A DNA stretch of 64,000 bases from an uncultured Flavobacteriales bacterium (GTDB taxonomy: Bacteria; Bacteroidota; Bacteroidia; Flavobacteriales; BACL11): NCBI GenBank assembly GCA_950069165.1, contig CATMIT010000001.1:320-64319 (forward strand). The letters run 5' to 3'. A model generated the notes under the pieces. The model saw only the letters and a program-made list of their open reading frames with translations, made no database searches and had not been told where the DNA came from. Of the stretch, positions 1 to 11,550 are shown piece after piece. Both the position numbers and the translations under genes were made by a program. Position 1 is the first letter of the stretch; each line of letters opens with the position of its first letter.

Positions 1-53
1 ACAGCCATAAGTGCCATGGAAAGATTTTTTGCTTTTTTATCTATTGTAAACAT
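1..53 (-). CDS. 5' end (17 codons) of a further alternative complex III gene, probably ActF (second NrfD-like membrane subunit); runs off the window
   Basis: ATG at 53 (minus strand), 13 nt after the ActE stop. It reads MFTIDKKAKNLSMALMA and stays open to position 1. The position matches the actABCDEF gene order. Confidence 0.4.
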   Translation of the reverse strand, partial: MFTIDKKAKNLSMALMA

Positions 54-66
54 GCTAACTTTTTTT

Positions 67-648
67 TTATTCTAAACCATAATGTTGTAATTCTTCTTGT
101 ACATAAAGTACAATTTTCCATCTTTCCTCTTCCGTAATTTGGCTTGCATGAGGCCCCATGGCATTCAATCCATAAGTAATGGCATGAAAAATATGTCCTG
201 ATGTAAGTTCACTCATTGGAGTCCCAGACCTTCTTATTGTCTTTTCATCATTATAATGGGGCACTGCTGAATAGATTGCATGTCTCATTGTTCCATCTCC
301 TGTACCTGTTTTTCCATGACAATGCTTGCAAAACATGCCATAAAGCGATTTACCGTCAGCAAGATTTTCGTCCGTATTTTCCATAGGATTGACAGCCATA
401 TTTCCTGCATTTAAGTACCCTTCCAATGTTTTATCATAATTGAATGTTTTCAATTTTCCTCTTGCAACTGTTCCCTTAACAGGAGTTAAAGCATTCATGC
501 CATTTATATTGTTTTCTCCATACGTTTCCATTGATGGAGAGCGATACATGTTGGGCATAAATTCGTAACCAGGATTTGAATCTCCTGAGCATGCAGCAAG
601 GAAAATTACTGCTACAAAAAATCCGATTTTTAAAATTGCTTTAATCAT
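67..648 (-). CDS. actE: Alternative complex III monoheme cytochrome c lipoprotein (ActE-like)
   Basis: Signal peptide with lipobox (FLAAC-SG) and a single CxxCH motif (CKHCH). It is the last small gene of an actABCDE-ordered cluster. Confidence 0.75.
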   Translation of the reverse strand: MIKAILKIGFFVAVIFLAACSGDSNPGYEFMPNMYRSPSMETYGENNINGMNALTPVKGTVARGKLKTFNYDKTLEGYLNAGNMAVNPMENTDENLADGKSLYGMFCKHCHGKTGTGDGTMRHAIYSAVPHYNDEKTIRRSGTPMSELTSGHIFHAITYGLNAMGPHASQITEEERWKIVLYVQEELQHYGLE

Positions 649-651
649 AAT

Positions 652-1173
652 TTAAGCTTCTTTTTCGTTAATTTCAGTAGCGCCTGTTTTGGTCAACATT
701 TCTTTAACAGGAGAGCTGTCGCCATCCACATTTATTACCATCAAAAATTTGTCATCAGTTGTTCTCTCATCAGGGCTGTCAGATGTTCCTCCTGGAAATA
801 ATCCACATCTTATTAAATAAGTAATTGACATAAGGTGAGCCGCAAACAGCACTGTACATTCAAACAAAATAGGGACAAATGCTGGCATATTATGATAGAA
901 GGTAAAGTTAGGTTTTCCACCAATATTTTGTGGCCAATCTACAATCATGATATTATAAATCATGAGTGCTCCTAAACTTAAACCTAAACATCCATAAATG
1001 AAAGCCATTATAGCCATTCTTGTTTCTTTAAGACCCAAGGCTTTGTCTAATCCGTGTATAGCAAAAGGAGAAAATACTTCTTCAATTTCAATATTATTGG
1101 CACGGATTTCTTTTACTGAGGCCAATAAAACCTCTTCATCATCAAAAATTCCGTATAGTGTATTTGTACTCAT
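652..1173 (-). CDS. actD: Alternative complex III membrane subunit ActD (DUF3341-like)
   Basis: 173 aa with two central hydrophobic helices. The start overlaps the ActC stop at 1173, and it lies between the NrfD-like and cytochrome c subunits. Confidence 0.7.
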   Translation of the reverse strand: MSTNTLYGIFDDEEVLLASVKEIRANNIEIEEVFSPFAIHGLDKALGLKETRMAIMAFIYGCLGLSLGALMIYNIMIVDWPQNIGGKPNFTFYHNMPAFVPILFECTVLFAAHLMSITYLIRCGLFPGGTSDSPDERTTDDKFLMVINVDGDSSPVKEMLTKTGATEINEKEA

Positions 1174-2552
1174 TATTTCTTGTTTTTATATTCTGAACCA
1201 GAAGATTTAAGAATTGATTTTAACTCTGCTTGTGCAATTACTGGGAATGTTCTCGAGTATAAAAGGAATAAAGTAAAAAAGAACCCAATCGTTCCTAAGA
1301 AAATACCGATATCAATAAAAGTTGGAGAGAACATTGTCCATGCTGATGGTAAATAGTCTCTGTGCAAAGAAGTTACAATAATCACAAAACGTTCAAACCA
1401 CATACCTATATTAATAAAAATTGAAATAACAAATGTTGCAACAAATGATGTTCTGATACTCTTAATCCAATACAATTGTGGTGTCAAAACATTACAAGTC
1501 ATCATGATGGCATAAGCCCACCAATAAGGTCCTGTTGCTCTGTTTAAAAATGCATATTGTTCAAATTCTACTCCTGAATACCATGACATAAATAACTCAG
1601 TCATATAGGCTGTCCCAACAAGCGACCCGGTAAGTATAATTATAACATTCATATATTCAATGTGCTTGATGGTAATATAGGATTCTAAACTCACCACTTT
1701 TCGCATGATGATAAGCAATGTTTCTACCATGGCAAAACCAGAGAATAATGCCCCCAATACAAAGTAAGGAGGAAAAATAGTAGTGTGCCATCCTGGTACA
1801 ATTGAAGTTGCAAAGTCCATGGATACAATAGAGTGCACTGAAAATACTAGTGGAGTTGCTAATCCTGCTAATACCAATGAAACTTCTTCAAATCTTTGCC
1901 AATGTTTTGCTTTACCGCTCCAACCAAAGGAAAGAAGAGAATATAATTTCTTTTTCATGGGTGAAATTGTTGCACTCATTCTATCTCTTATCATGGCAAA
2001 ATCAGGAATCAAACCGATATACCAAAATACAACTGATACGGAAAAATAAGTAGAAATTGCAAATACATCCCAAATCAATGGAGAGTTAAAGTTCATCCAA
2101 AGGGATCCGAACTGATTCGGTATTGGGAAAACATAATATGCAAGCCATGGTCTCCCCATATGTATAAGTGGGAAAAGTGCAGCTTGTACTACAGCAAAAA
2201 TTGTCATTGCCTCAGCCGAACGGTTAATGGACATTCTCCATTTCTGACGGAAAAGTAGTAGTACAGCCGAGATTAATGTTCCAGCATGCCCTATTCCAAT
2301 CCACCAAACAAAGTTAGTAATATCCCAAGCCCAGCCTACCGTTTTATTCAATCCCCAAGCACCAATTCCTGTACCAATTGTGTAAGCAATACAAAGCACC
2401 CCCCAAATGAATAGTACTAATGATAAAGAAAATAATATCCACCAATATTTGTTGGCCTTACCCTCAACAGGCTTTGCAATATCTTTGGAAATATCATGAT
2501 AAGTTTTATTGCCTAAAATTAATGGATCTCTAATTTCTGCTTCTTTATGCAT
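1173..2552 (-). CDS. actC: Alternative complex III quinol-interacting polytopic membrane subunit ActC (NrfD/PsrC family)
   Basis: 459 aa, about 10 hydrophobic helices, NrfD-like composition. It lies immediately downstream of the Fe-S/molybdopterin-like subunit. Confidence 0.8.
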   Translation of the reverse strand: MHKEAEIRDPLILGNKTYHDISKDIAKPVEGKANKYWWILFSLSLVLFIWGVLCIAYTIGTGIGAWGLNKTVGWAWDITNFVWWIGIGHAGTLISAVLLLFRQKWRMSINRSAEAMTIFAVVQAALFPLIHMGRPWLAYYVFPIPNQFGSLWMNFNSPLIWDVFAISTYFSVSVVFWYIGLIPDFAMIRDRMSATISPMKKKLYSLLSFGWSGKAKHWQRFEEVSLVLAGLATPLVFSVHSIVSMDFATSIVPGWHTTIFPPYFVLGALFSGFAMVETLLIIMRKVVSLESYITIKHIEYMNVIIILTGSLVGTAYMTELFMSWYSGVEFEQYAFLNRATGPYWWAYAIMMTCNVLTPQLYWIKSIRTSFVATFVISIFINIGMWFERFVIIVTSLHRDYLPSAWTMFSPTFIDIGIFLGTIGFFFTLFLLYSRTFPVIAQAELKSILKSSGSEYKNKK

Positions 2553-2558
2553 AATTAT

Positions 2559-5513
2559 TTACGCTTTATTTCTAATTTTTGTTTGATAGAACACAGATGG
2601 ATCAGTATTCAAGTGTTCCAATAATTTATATGCTCTTTCTTCTTTTTTAAGAGCTTGTATTTTATGCGTATCATCATTCACATCACCAAACACAATTGCA
2701 TTAGTAGGGCAAGCTGATGAACAAGCCGTTTGCGCATCTTCATCTCTAACCTTTTTTCCTGCTTTTTTAGCGTCCAATTTTACTTCTTGTATTTTTTGAA
2801 TACACATGGAACATTTTTCCATAACTCCTCTTGAACGCACAACAACATCAGGATTCAATACCATTTTACCATGGTCATCATTCATGTTGAAATCAAACTT
2901 ATCGTTATCAGAATATTGGAACCAGTTGAAACGCCTTACTTTATAAGGACAGTTATTCGCACAATACCTTGTACCCACACATCTGTTATAAGCCATGTGG
3001 TTTTGCCCTTCATTACCATGTGAAGTTGCCGCAACAGGACATACCGTTTCACAAGGGGCATTACTACAATGCTGACACATTACAGGCTGGAAAACTGTTT
3101 CAGGATTTGCTGATGGCTCTTCCATTTCAGCATACATATCAATAGCAGAAACTTTTTCAGCTTCTGATAATTCTTTTGTCATATCAGACGAAAAATAACG
3201 ATCAATACGAATCCAATGCATATCTCTTGATTTTCTTACCTCTTCTTTCCCAACAACAGGAACATTATTTTCAGCATGACAAGAAATTACACAAGCCGAA
3301 CAACCAATACAAGAAGTTAAGTCGATAGACATATTCCAAAAATGCCCTGTTGAATGATCAAATTTATCCCAAAGTGTAACCTTATCTGCTGGTTGCTTCC
3401 CATTATGAGTAGCATAAGTTACTTGATGATTCCCTGAATAAGGATCTTTAATAAAGTCAGCAAGAGTTGTTTCTTTTACAATCTCTCTCCCCATCATAGT
3501 ATGATGCAATTGAGTAGCAGCAAATTCATATTCGCCACCAACAACTTCAATTGTAGCGGTTCCGTTTCCTAATGCAAAAGCATTGAATCCTATTCCATCA
3601 CCACATTTTCCTGCAGCTGTTCTACCATAACCAACAGCCATAGCAATTGTACCAACTGCTTGACCAGGCTGAATCATAACTGGAACATTATTAAGTGTCG
3701 TTCCATTAACTGTAATATTTACCATATTTCCATTTAAGGCGCCATTGGAAACATTCCAATTAGTAATTCCTAAATCACGAGCAGTGGCTGCCGACATAGT
3801 TAAGTAATTATCCCAACAAGCTCTTGAAAGGGGATCTGGCAATTCTTGTAACCAAGGATTGTTTGCTTGAGTACCATCACCCATTGAAATTTTTTCATAC
3901 ATCTCAAACTCAATTCCATCAGCTTTTACTACATCAAAAGAAGGAACAGAAGCTGTAAATGAACTTACAGTTGCAGCAGATTGGTTTTGTGTAAAGTACC
4001 CATCATGTACTGATTTATTCCAGTCAATAGATGAATACGTATTTTGTAAATAAGTATGGTAATCTGATTTCCCCACCCAAACCATTAAGCTTTCTTGGAA
4101 TTGTCTTCCTTTAAACAAAGGAGAAATTGTAGGTTGCATTAAAGTATACACTCCATTAGATGGATTTGCATCCCCCCAACTTTCTAAGTAATGATTATCA
4201 GGACAAGCATACATCATTTTTGCAGCTGACTCATCATTATAAAGTGAAGTCGCAATAGTTAATCCTACTTTTTTAAGTCCTGCATTATACCCATCAGCAT
4301 CCAGTAAAGTGTAACTTGGGTTTACATTATAAGTAATCAAAGCAGCAATTTTTCCCGCATTCATTTCTTCAATAAGTGCAGAAACCTCAGTATCATTTCC
4401 TTGCCTTAAGTATGAAGGGTTCGATAAAGATAATGTGTTTTCGTAATTTCCTAATGTGTTGTTAATCGCATTAACTAAAGTTTGAACCTCAGCATCATTA
4501 CTATTACAAACAACAATAGATTTACCGGCATTATTAGCCAAGTCATTCGCCATTTTAGCAATTCTGCTATCAGCAGTACCACCATTTAAGGCACTATATA
4601 AGTTAGACAATAAACCAGCTTGTTCTGATGGCTTAATTTGTATTCTATCATCTGCATTAGAACCTGTAAGGCTTAAAGCTGATTCTACTTGATAATGCTT
4701 AGCCATTTTCCCACTGTTAGGATTTCTAGCAGTAACATACTGTTTAGCATAATCCGCATTTAGCCAGTTTCCTAAAAAGTCAGCTCCAAAAGAAACGATA
4801 ACCTCCGCTTTATCAAAATGATACGTTGGCAATACTCTCACTCCAAATGAAGCTTCATTAGCATCCAACATTCCACTATAAGAAACTGCATCCATTTGTA
4901 CATGCGTTACATTTCCGTAAGCAGCTGAAAAATCAGCAATTAATTGTGTAGTAGAAGGGCTTATAATTGTAGAAGATAAAATAGCAATCTTTCCGCCACC
5001 ACTTTTTATCTCATTTAATTTTACAATAATTTCAGCATCAGTAGTACTCCAATCCGTATCTACTCCACCTTTCATTGGATTTTTCAATCTTGATGAATCA
5101 TATAAGGAAAGAACAGATGCTTGAATCCTTGCGTTAGTTGCTGATTTGTTAGCATCAATCTTGATAGGACGACCCTCTCTAGTTTTTACTAAAACGGATG
5201 CGTAATCGTGCCCGTCATACATAGTAGTTGCATAATAGTTAGCAACACCAGGAGTGATTTCTTCAGGCTTTATTACGTAAGGAATCGCTTTATTAATAGG
5301 TGTTTCACAAGCTGCTAAAGTTGCAGCAGCAGTACTGAATCCTAAAAACTTCAAGAAATCTCTTCTGGATGTAGAGGTAGTAGATAATTCCTTATCTCCT
5401 AAAAACTCATCAACAGGAATTTCTTCAACAAATTCGTTTTGTCTTAATTTTTCTACAATTGGATCATTGTTTAGTTCTGCTAAACCTTTCCAATATTTTT
5501 TTGCTTTTGTCAT
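2559..5513 (-). CDS. actB: Alternative complex III ActB: Tat-exported molybdopterin-oxidoreductase-like plus 4Fe-4S ferredoxin fusion subunit
   Basis: Twin-arginine signal SRRDFLKFLGFSTAAATLAA and C-terminal Cys clusters (CIGCSACVISC, CQHCSNAPCETVCP, CVGTRYCANNCP, CSMCIQK). The start is moved to ATG 5513 (MTKAKKYW) because the track start at 5576 overlaps actA. Confidence 0.85.
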   Translation of the reverse strand: MTKAKKYWKGLAELNNDPIVEKLRQNEFVEEIPVDEFLGDKELSTTSTSRRDFLKFLGFSTAAATLAACETPINKAIPYVIKPEEITPGVANYYATTMYDGHDYASVLVKTREGRPIKIDANKSATNARIQASVLSLYDSSRLKNPMKGGVDTDWSTTDAEIIVKLNEIKSGGGKIAILSSTIISPSTTQLIADFSAAYGNVTHVQMDAVSYSGMLDANEASFGVRVLPTYHFDKAEVIVSFGADFLGNWLNADYAKQYVTARNPNSGKMAKHYQVESALSLTGSNADDRIQIKPSEQAGLLSNLYSALNGGTADSRIAKMANDLANNAGKSIVVCNSNDAEVQTLVNAINNTLGNYENTLSLSNPSYLRQGNDTEVSALIEEMNAGKIAALITYNVNPSYTLLDADGYNAGLKKVGLTIATSLYNDESAAKMMYACPDNHYLESWGDANPSNGVYTLMQPTISPLFKGRQFQESLMVWVGKSDYHTYLQNTYSSIDWNKSVHDGYFTQNQSAATVSSFTASVPSFDVVKADGIEFEMYEKISMGDGTQANNPWLQELPDPLSRACWDNYLTMSAATARDLGITNWNVSNGALNGNMVNITVNGTTLNNVPVMIQPGQAVGTIAMAVGYGRTAAGKCGDGIGFNAFALGNGTATIEVVGGEYEFAATQLHHTMMGREIVKETTLADFIKDPYSGNHQVTYATHNGKQPADKVTLWDKFDHSTGHFWNMSIDLTSCIGCSACVISCHAENNVPVVGKEEVRKSRDMHWIRIDRYFSSDMTKELSEAEKVSAIDMYAEMEEPSANPETVFQPVMCQHCSNAPCETVCPVAATSHGNEGQNHMAYNRCVGTRYCANNCPYKVRRFNWFQYSDNDKFDFNMNDDHGKMVLNPDVVVRSRGVMEKCSMCIQKIQEVKLDAKKAGKKVRDEDAQTACSSACPTNAIVFGDVNDDTHKIQALKKEERAYKLLEHLNTDPSVFYQTKIRNKA

Positions 5514-5544
5514 TTTATTATAGAAATTAAATCTAACTATTTTT

Positions 5545-6753
5545 TTAATAATGGCACTTACCACATTCCAAGCCACCCATTTTATCTACAGTGATTTTCT
5601 GTCCTGCATATTTTTCCTTCATCTTTTCATGCATGCTTGTGTAATAATCATTCCCTTCCATTTTCACTTCAGTTTCTCTGTGACAATTAATACACCAGCC
5701 CATTGTCATTAATGATTCTTGTTTTACCACATCCATTTCTTGAACAGGACCATGACATTCTTGACATTCCAATTTGCCAACCGTTACGTGTTGTGAATGA
5801 TTGAAATAAGCAAAATCAGGAAGATTGTGAATTCTCACCCATTTAATTGGCTGCTGTTCATAGCCTTCAATATAGGTTCTTGTATCAGGATCATACCCAA
5901 TAGCATCATATATTTTTTGAATTTCAGCGGTTCCTGTATTAGTTCCTGAAGTAATATTAGCATGACAATTCATGCACACATTAGCAGAAGGAATACCAGA
6001 TGTTTTTGAAGAGCGAGCAGACGAATGGCAATAATTACAATCAATCCCATTGTCTCCTGCATGTATTTTATGTGAAAAAGCGATTGGTTGCTCAGGTTGA
6101 TAGTTAGTCGTTACCCCAACGCCCATTAAAGTATCAAAAGTGAATTTCATCACAATAATAAATACAGCAAACCCTACAATCGCTACATTTCTACTTTCCG
6201 CTAAAAATGCTTTCCCTTGATTAATAATAGTTTCTGAAAGCGTTTCTGTTGGTTGGTTTAATTGTGTTTTTAGTTTGTTTTTAATAGAGGTCAAAATATA
6301 AACAAGCAGAAATAAAAATACTGCAATCAGTAATAAAATGGTGGAACTACTCATTCCTTTATCGTTTTCAGCCGTAGTAGTAGCAACTTCTTTTTCCTCA
6401 ATCGGTGGATTTTCCATGTAAGCTAATAAGGCATCCATATCCTCATCCTCAAAATAGAAGGAAGTCATTGCAACTTTATTATATTCTTCAAAAATTGCAA
6501 TTGCATCCGCATCACCACTTGCAATAAAATCAGATGAGCTATTGATCCATTGTTTTAACCAATCCGCATTTCTTTTTGCAGTTACCCCTTCCAAATCCGG
6601 ACCAATCAATCGGCCACCACCAATGGTATGGCAGGATATACAATTTGTTTTAAAAATTTGCTCTCCATCAGTTTGGGCAAATAAGTTTAAGGAAAAGGTG
6701 AAAAAAAACGTCAGAAATAGAAGGCGGCTATTAAGGGAATAAGTTCGAATCAT
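5545..6753 (-). CDS. actA: Alternative complex III multiheme cytochrome c ActA with an extra N-terminal c-type domain (six CxxCH motifs)
   Basis: Signal peptide, then CISCH, a TM helix, then CNYCH, CMNCH, CQECH, CINCH, CGKCH. Confidence 0.85.
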   Translation of the reverse strand: MIRTYSLNSRLLFLTFFFTFSLNLFAQTDGEQIFKTNCISCHTIGGGRLIGPDLEGVTAKRNADWLKQWINSSSDFIASGDADAIAIFEEYNKVAMTSFYFEDEDMDALLAYMENPPIEEKEVATTTAENDKGMSSSTILLLIAVFLFLLVYILTSIKNKLKTQLNQPTETLSETIINQGKAFLAESRNVAIVGFAVFIIVMKFTFDTLMGVGVTTNYQPEQPIAFSHKIHAGDNGIDCNYCHSSARSSKTSGIPSANVCMNCHANITSGTNTGTAEIQKIYDAIGYDPDTRTYIEGYEQQPIKWVRIHNLPDFAYFNHSQHVTVGKLECQECHGPVQEMDVVKQESLMTMGWCINCHRETEVKMEGNDYYTSMHEKMKEKYAGQKITVDKMGGLECGKCHY

Positions 6754-6924
6754 GTTTTTTTAATGTTCAATTTTTCGGCTGTAAATTTAATTTTTTCAAT
6801 GGATAGAAATAGGTAGAAAATCATTAATTAATGTAATTTATAGCCATTCTAAATAATAGATAAAAGCCTCTAATAAAACCGGAAGTAAAGATGTGCTTTA
6901 ATTAGTTTATTACTTTTGCATATT

Positions 6925-7335
6925 ATGATCAAATATCTATTTACAATTTTCTTGTTTTCTTCCTTTTGCGCTATTGGGCAAACAAATTCAAAAACAGATA
7001 GTACAGAATCTGCTATTACAAATATTGAAATGGAAGAAAAGGTAGGTGAATTACTTGATCGGTATATAAAATTAAATAAAAAAAGAAAAGGGATATTAGG
7101 ATGGCGCTTACAAATTCATTCGGATACCGACAGAGAAAAAGCTAAAAAAATTCGAATCTCATTCATGTTAAAATTCCCAGAAATACCTGCCTATCTGGAC
7201 CATAAAGAACCTTATTTTAAAGTAACTGTTGGTGATTTTTATACCAGACTGGAAGCACTTAAAGTGCAAAATGAAATAAGAAGAAGGTATACTTCTTATA
7301 TTGTGCCTTCAAACATTAATATTACTGAAGATTAG
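6925..7335 (+). CDS. SPOR (peptidoglycan-binding) domain protein
   Basis: Signal peptide. The C-terminal roughly 75 aa ([39 protein letters not shown]) has the SPOR beta-alpha-beta-beta pattern. ATG at 6925 is preferred over the TTG at 6916. Confidence 0.6.
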   Translation: MIKYLFTIFLFSSFCAIGQTNSKTDSTESAITNIEMEEKVGELLDRYIKLNKKRKGILGWRLQIHSDTDREKAKKIRISFMLKFPEIPAYLDHKEPYFKVTVGDFYTRLEALKVQNEIRRRYTSYIVPSNINITED

Positions 7336-9818
7336 GCGAGTTTTCTTTGTATTTCTTTTTCTTCAAATCCCTCTACAATATCTCCAACTTTAATGTCGTT
7401 GAAGTTTTCGATTGACAGCCCACACTCAAAGCCTTTGGCAACTTCTTTTGCATCCTCTTTAAATCGTTTTAAGGAGGAAAGAACTCCTGTATAAGTAACT
7501 ACTCCATCTCTGATAATTCTTACTTTGGAGTTTCGGTTTATTTTCCCTTCCAACACCATACAGCCGGCAATGGTTCCTACTTTCGAGATTTTGAATATTT
7601 CTCTTATTTCAATACTACAAACTATCGCCTCTTCAATATCAGGAGAAAGCATGCCTTCCATTGCTTGAGTTAATTCTTCAATTGCTTTGTATATTACGGA
7701 ATATAGGCGAATATCTATTTGTTCAGTTTCAGCTAATTTTCGTGCTTTTACGGATGGTCGAACTTGGAACCCTATAATTACAGCTTGTGATGCAGCTGCC
7801 AGCATTACATCCGACTCAGAAATCTGTCCAACTGATTTATGAATAATATTTACACTTATTTCCTCAGTAGTAAGTTTTTCTAAGGATTCTGAAAGTGCTT
7901 CAATCGACCCGTCCACATCTCCTTTTACAATGATGTTTATTTCCTTAAAATCTCCAAGTGCAATTCTTCTTCCAATCTCGTCAAGAGTGATGTGTTTTTG
8001 AGTTCTCGCGCCTTGCTCTCTTTTTAGTTGCATTCTTTTGGCAGCAATTTTTTTCGCTTCCTGCTCATCTTGCATTACATTAAAAGTATCCCCTGCTTGT
8101 GGCGCTCCATTTAACCCTAACAATACTGCAGGAGATGCGGGACCTGCTTCATTGATGTTGTGTCCTCTTTCATCTAATAATGCTTTTACTTTTCCGCTAA
8201 ATCCTCCGGACAATACGTAATCCCCTATTTTCAAAGTTCCATTTTGCACCAAAATAGTGGTAAGATATCCTTTCCCTTTATCTAATGATGCTTCAATTAC
8301 TGTCCCTTTTGCATTTCTATTAGGATTTGCTTTTAATTCCAACATTTCAGCTTCCAATATTACTTTTTCTAAAAGTTCAGGAATTCCTATTCCTGTTTTA
8401 GCTGACACATCTTGGCTCTGATATTTACCGCCCCAATCTTCCACTAATAAATTCATTTCGGCTAACTCTCCCTTTATTTTTTCAGCATCTGATGCATCTC
8501 TATCAATTTTGTTTATTGCAAAAAGTAAGGGAACGCCTGCCGCTTGTGCATGGCTAATCGCTTCTTTAGTTTGTGGCATAATTCTATCATCAGCAGCAAT
8601 TACTACTACTACAATGTCGGTAACTTTTGCACCCCTTGCCCGCATAGCGGTAAAAGCCTCATGTCCTGGAGTGTCTAAAAAAGAAATCTGTTTGCCATTT
8701 TCTAACGTTACTTCATAAGCGCCAATATGTTGGGTAATTCCACCAGATTCTCCAGCAATTACATTGGTATCTCTAATGTAATCGAGAAGGGATGTTTTTC
8801 CATGATCGACATGTCCCATAATGGTAACAATTGGTGGGCGTGATTTAAGATCTTCTTCTTTATCTTCCTCATCTTCAATTGCCTCTTGTACTTCTACACC
8901 AACAAATTCTACCGTAAAGCCAAACTCTTCCACAATAATTTGAATGGTATCGGCCTCCAATCTCTGATTCATGGTTACCATGAAACCAAGCACCATTAAA
9001 GCAGAAATAATTTCTGTAACTGGAATATCCATCATGGTTGCCAATTCTTGAGCAGTGGCAAATTCAGTAATCTTTATTACTTTGTCAGAAGCCTGTCTTT
9101 CAACACTTTCTTGCTCGGCTATTTCTCTGTGGGCAATTCTTTTCTCTCTTCTGTTTTTTACAGAGGTTTTCTTACCCCCTCCTTGTAGTTTTGCTAAGGT
9201 TTCTCTTACTCTTTTTTGAGCCTGTTCTGCATCTACTTCAATTACAACTGGTTTTTTCTTTTTTGCTTGTCTCCCTTTAAACCTATCTTGATTTACTTTT
9301 TTGGGAAGTCGTTTTCTTTTTTTCTTTCCAGCAACCCCTCCTTCTGAAGATGTGGCAACAGGTTTTTTCTTCTTAGGAATTAGTTTATCTAAATCCACTT
9401 TTTCGCCAGTTACTTTTGGCTGTGATAATAGCTGAGCTTTTGCCTTTATTACTTCTTCTTTTTTTGGCTCTTCCGTTTTTTTGTCAGTATCTATTGTTTT
9501 TGATTTTGTACCGGATAAATCAATAGTTCCTATTGGCTTAATACTAAATTTTGGAGGTTCCACTTTTATTTTTTCAGCTTCTAATTCCTGACTTTCTTGT
9601 TCCATCTGTAACTTGTTAGCAACAATTTTTGCTGCCAATTTCGTTTGTTTGGACATTTGAAATTCGCTAAGTAAAAGCTGATAAACATCATCAGAGATTT
9701 TAGATGTAGGGTTTAATCCAGTCACACCCTTCCCTTGTAAAAAGGATAGGATTCTATCACTTCCAACATTCAACTCCTTTGTAAGTTTATTTAGCCGTAT
9801 GCTCTTTTTTTCTGACAT
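7332..9818 (-). CDS. infB: Translation initiation factor IF-2
   Basis: GTPase motifs [24 protein letters not shown]. Lys/Glu-rich N-terminal region. It follows nusA. Confidence 0.97.
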   Translation of the reverse strand: MSEKKSIRLNKLTKELNVGSDRILSFLQGKGVTGLNPTSKISDDVYQLLLSEFQMSKQTKLAAKIVANKLQMEQESQELEAEKIKVEPPKFSIKPIGTIDLSGTKSKTIDTDKKTEEPKKEEVIKAKAQLLSQPKVTGEKVDLDKLIPKKKKPVATSSEGGVAGKKKRKRLPKKVNQDRFKGRQAKKKKPVVIEVDAEQAQKRVRETLAKLQGGGKKTSVKNRREKRIAHREIAEQESVERQASDKVIKITEFATAQELATMMDIPVTEIISALMVLGFMVTMNQRLEADTIQIIVEEFGFTVEFVGVEVQEAIEDEEDKEEDLKSRPPIVTIMGHVDHGKTSLLDYIRDTNVIAGESGGITQHIGAYEVTLENGKQISFLDTPGHEAFTAMRARGAKVTDIVVVVIAADDRIMPQTKEAISHAQAAGVPLLFAINKIDRDASDAEKIKGELAEMNLLVEDWGGKYQSQDVSAKTGIGIPELLEKVILEAEMLELKANPNRNAKGTVIEASLDKGKGYLTTILVQNGTLKIGDYVLSGGFSGKVKALLDERGHNINEAGPASPAVLLGLNGAPQAGDTFNVMQDEQEAKKIAAKRMQLKREQGARTQKHITLDEIGRRIALGDFKEINIIVKGDVDGSIEALSESLEKLTTEEISVNIIHKSVGQISESDVMLAAASQAVIIGFQVRPSVKARKLAETEQIDIRLYSVIYKAIEELTQAMEGMLSPDIEEAIVCSIEIREIFKISKVGTIAGCMVLEGKINRNSKVRIIRDGVVTYTGVLSSLKRFKEDAKEVAKGFECGLSIENFNDIKVGDIVEGFEEKEIQRKLA

Positions 9819-9832
9819 TTTTTTGTTTTATA

Positions 9833-11083
9833 TTATTCTTCTTCTGTTTCCAATTCGTTTTTAAGAACCGACAATACATTTTCTACAGTTTCAATTTCCA
9901 GGTCTGTTCTCTTTACCAAATCTTCCGCATCTAATTCTAATACACTTCTTGCCGAATCGCAACCAATTGCTTTAAGCTCTTCAATAATCCAGCTTTCAAT
10001 TTCATCTGAAAATTCTTCAATCGCTACATCATCCACCATGTCATCCATATCTCGATAAACATCAATTTCATAACCAGTAAGAAGACCTGCTAATTTGATA
10101 TTAAAACCTCCCTTGCCAATCGCCAAAGAAACTTGGTCGGGTTGCATATACACATCAGCCCTATTGTTATCTTCATTAACCTTTATGGAACTCACTTTTG
10201 CAGGGCTAAGCGAGCGCGTAATGAGTAGTTGGGTATTTTCTGTAAAATTGATAACATCAATATTTTCGTTTCTAAGTTCGCGAACAATACCGTGGATTCT
10301 TGATCCTTTCATTCCAACGCAAGCACCAACAGGATCAATTCTATCATCATAAGATTCTACTGCTACCTTAGCTCTTTCACCTGGAATCCTTACTACTTTT
10401 TTGATGGTTATCAGTCCGTCAAAAACTTCAGGGACTTCCGTTTCAAAAAGCCGTTCAATAAATTCTGGTGCAATACGCGAAAGTATAATAAGGGCTTTGT
10501 TGTTTTTTAGTTCAGCCGAAAGTATTACTGCTTTTACCGTTTCTCCTTTTCTAAAAAAATCTCTTGGAATCTGATTTGCTTTTGGCAAAATTAAATCATT
10601 CCCTTCATCATCTTGCAAAAGGATTTCATTTCTCCAAACCTGATAAACCTCACCACTTACAATTTCTCCAACTCTTTCACTATATTTTTTCAGGATTTCA
10701 TCTCTGTTTAAATCCTGTACTCTTGCTTGTAAGTTTTGTCGGATAGAGAGGATATGCCTTCTCCCAAATTCTGTGCCAAAATCAATTTGTTCAGATACCT
10801 CTTCCCCTACTTCATAATCATCTTCAATCTTTAATGCATCCGAAAGTGAAATTTGAGTGATTGGGTTTTCTACCTTCCCGTCTTTTACAACTTCTCGATT
10901 TCTCCAAATTTCCAAATCCCCTTTATCAACATTTATAATAACATCAAAATTATCAGCTTCATCATATTTTTTGGCTAAAACCGATTTAAAAACATCCTCC
11001 AAGATGTTCATCATTGTTTCTCGGTTAATATTTTTTACTTCCTTAAACTCGGAAAACGATTCAATTAAATTTTCTATATCCAT
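9833..11083 (-). CDS. nusA: Transcription termination/antitermination factor NusA
   Basis: S1 plus two KH domains (GACVGMKGSRI, IGKGGFNIKLA) and conserved rimP-nusA-infB order. Confidence 0.95.
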   Translation of the reverse strand: MDIENLIESFSEFKEVKNINRETMMNILEDVFKSVLAKKYDEADNFDVIINVDKGDLEIWRNREVVKDGKVENPITQISLSDALKIEDDYEVGEEVSEQIDFGTEFGRRHILSIRQNLQARVQDLNRDEILKKYSERVGEIVSGEVYQVWRNEILLQDDEGNDLILPKANQIPRDFFRKGETVKAVILSAELKNNKALIILSRIAPEFIERLFETEVPEVFDGLITIKKVVRIPGERAKVAVESYDDRIDPVGACVGMKGSRIHGIVRELRNENIDVINFTENTQLLITRSLSPAKVSSIKVNEDNNRADVYMQPDQVSLAIGKGGFNIKLAGLLTGYEIDVYRDMDDMVDDVAIEEFSDEIESWIIEELKAIGCDSARSVLELDAEDLVKRTDLEIETVENVLSVLKNELETEEE

Positions 11084-11093
11084 TTTTTACGAT

Positions 11094-11543
11094 TTAAAAT
11101 TTTATAACTAATTTTGTTTCTTTTATTTCTTCTAATAAAATGACTTTCTCCTCTTTTTTTATTTGTTTTTTACCTTTTTCTTTTTTGATTGTTTCCAAAA
11201 CTATATTCCCATCAAAAGCGATTAGCTTCCCTTTTATCTTTTTCCCCTGCCTTAGTTTTACAACAATTTCTTTGCCAATATTTTTCTGATATTGCTGCTC
11301 TACCAAAAAAGCTTTACTCAATCCTGGGGAAGAAACTGACAGTTGAAAATCTTCTATTTCTCTATCTAACTCATTTTCTATATGCCGACTAATTTGCAAA
11401 CATTCTGTTATTAAAATCCCTTCTGCTTTATCCACAAAAACTTGAATTTCATTTTGCATACTCACTTTTGCAGAAACTAAAAACCCTCCTAATTCCAAAA
11501 CCTTTTCTCTGGCAAGCTGCTGTACTCTTTCTTCTGCTATCAT
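11094..11543 (-). CDS. rimP: Ribosome maturation factor RimP
   Basis: 149 aa with the SSPG motif (VSSPGLSKAF), directly upstream of nusA. Confidence 0.85.
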   Translation of the reverse strand: MIAEERVQQLAREKVLELGGFLVSAKVSMQNEIQVFVDKAEGILITECLQISRHIENELDREIEDFQLSVSSPGLSKAFLVEQQYQKNIGKEIVVKLRQGKKIKGKLIAFDGNIVLETIKKEKGKKQIKKEEKVILLEEIKETKLVIKF

Positions 11544-11550
11544 TATCTTG

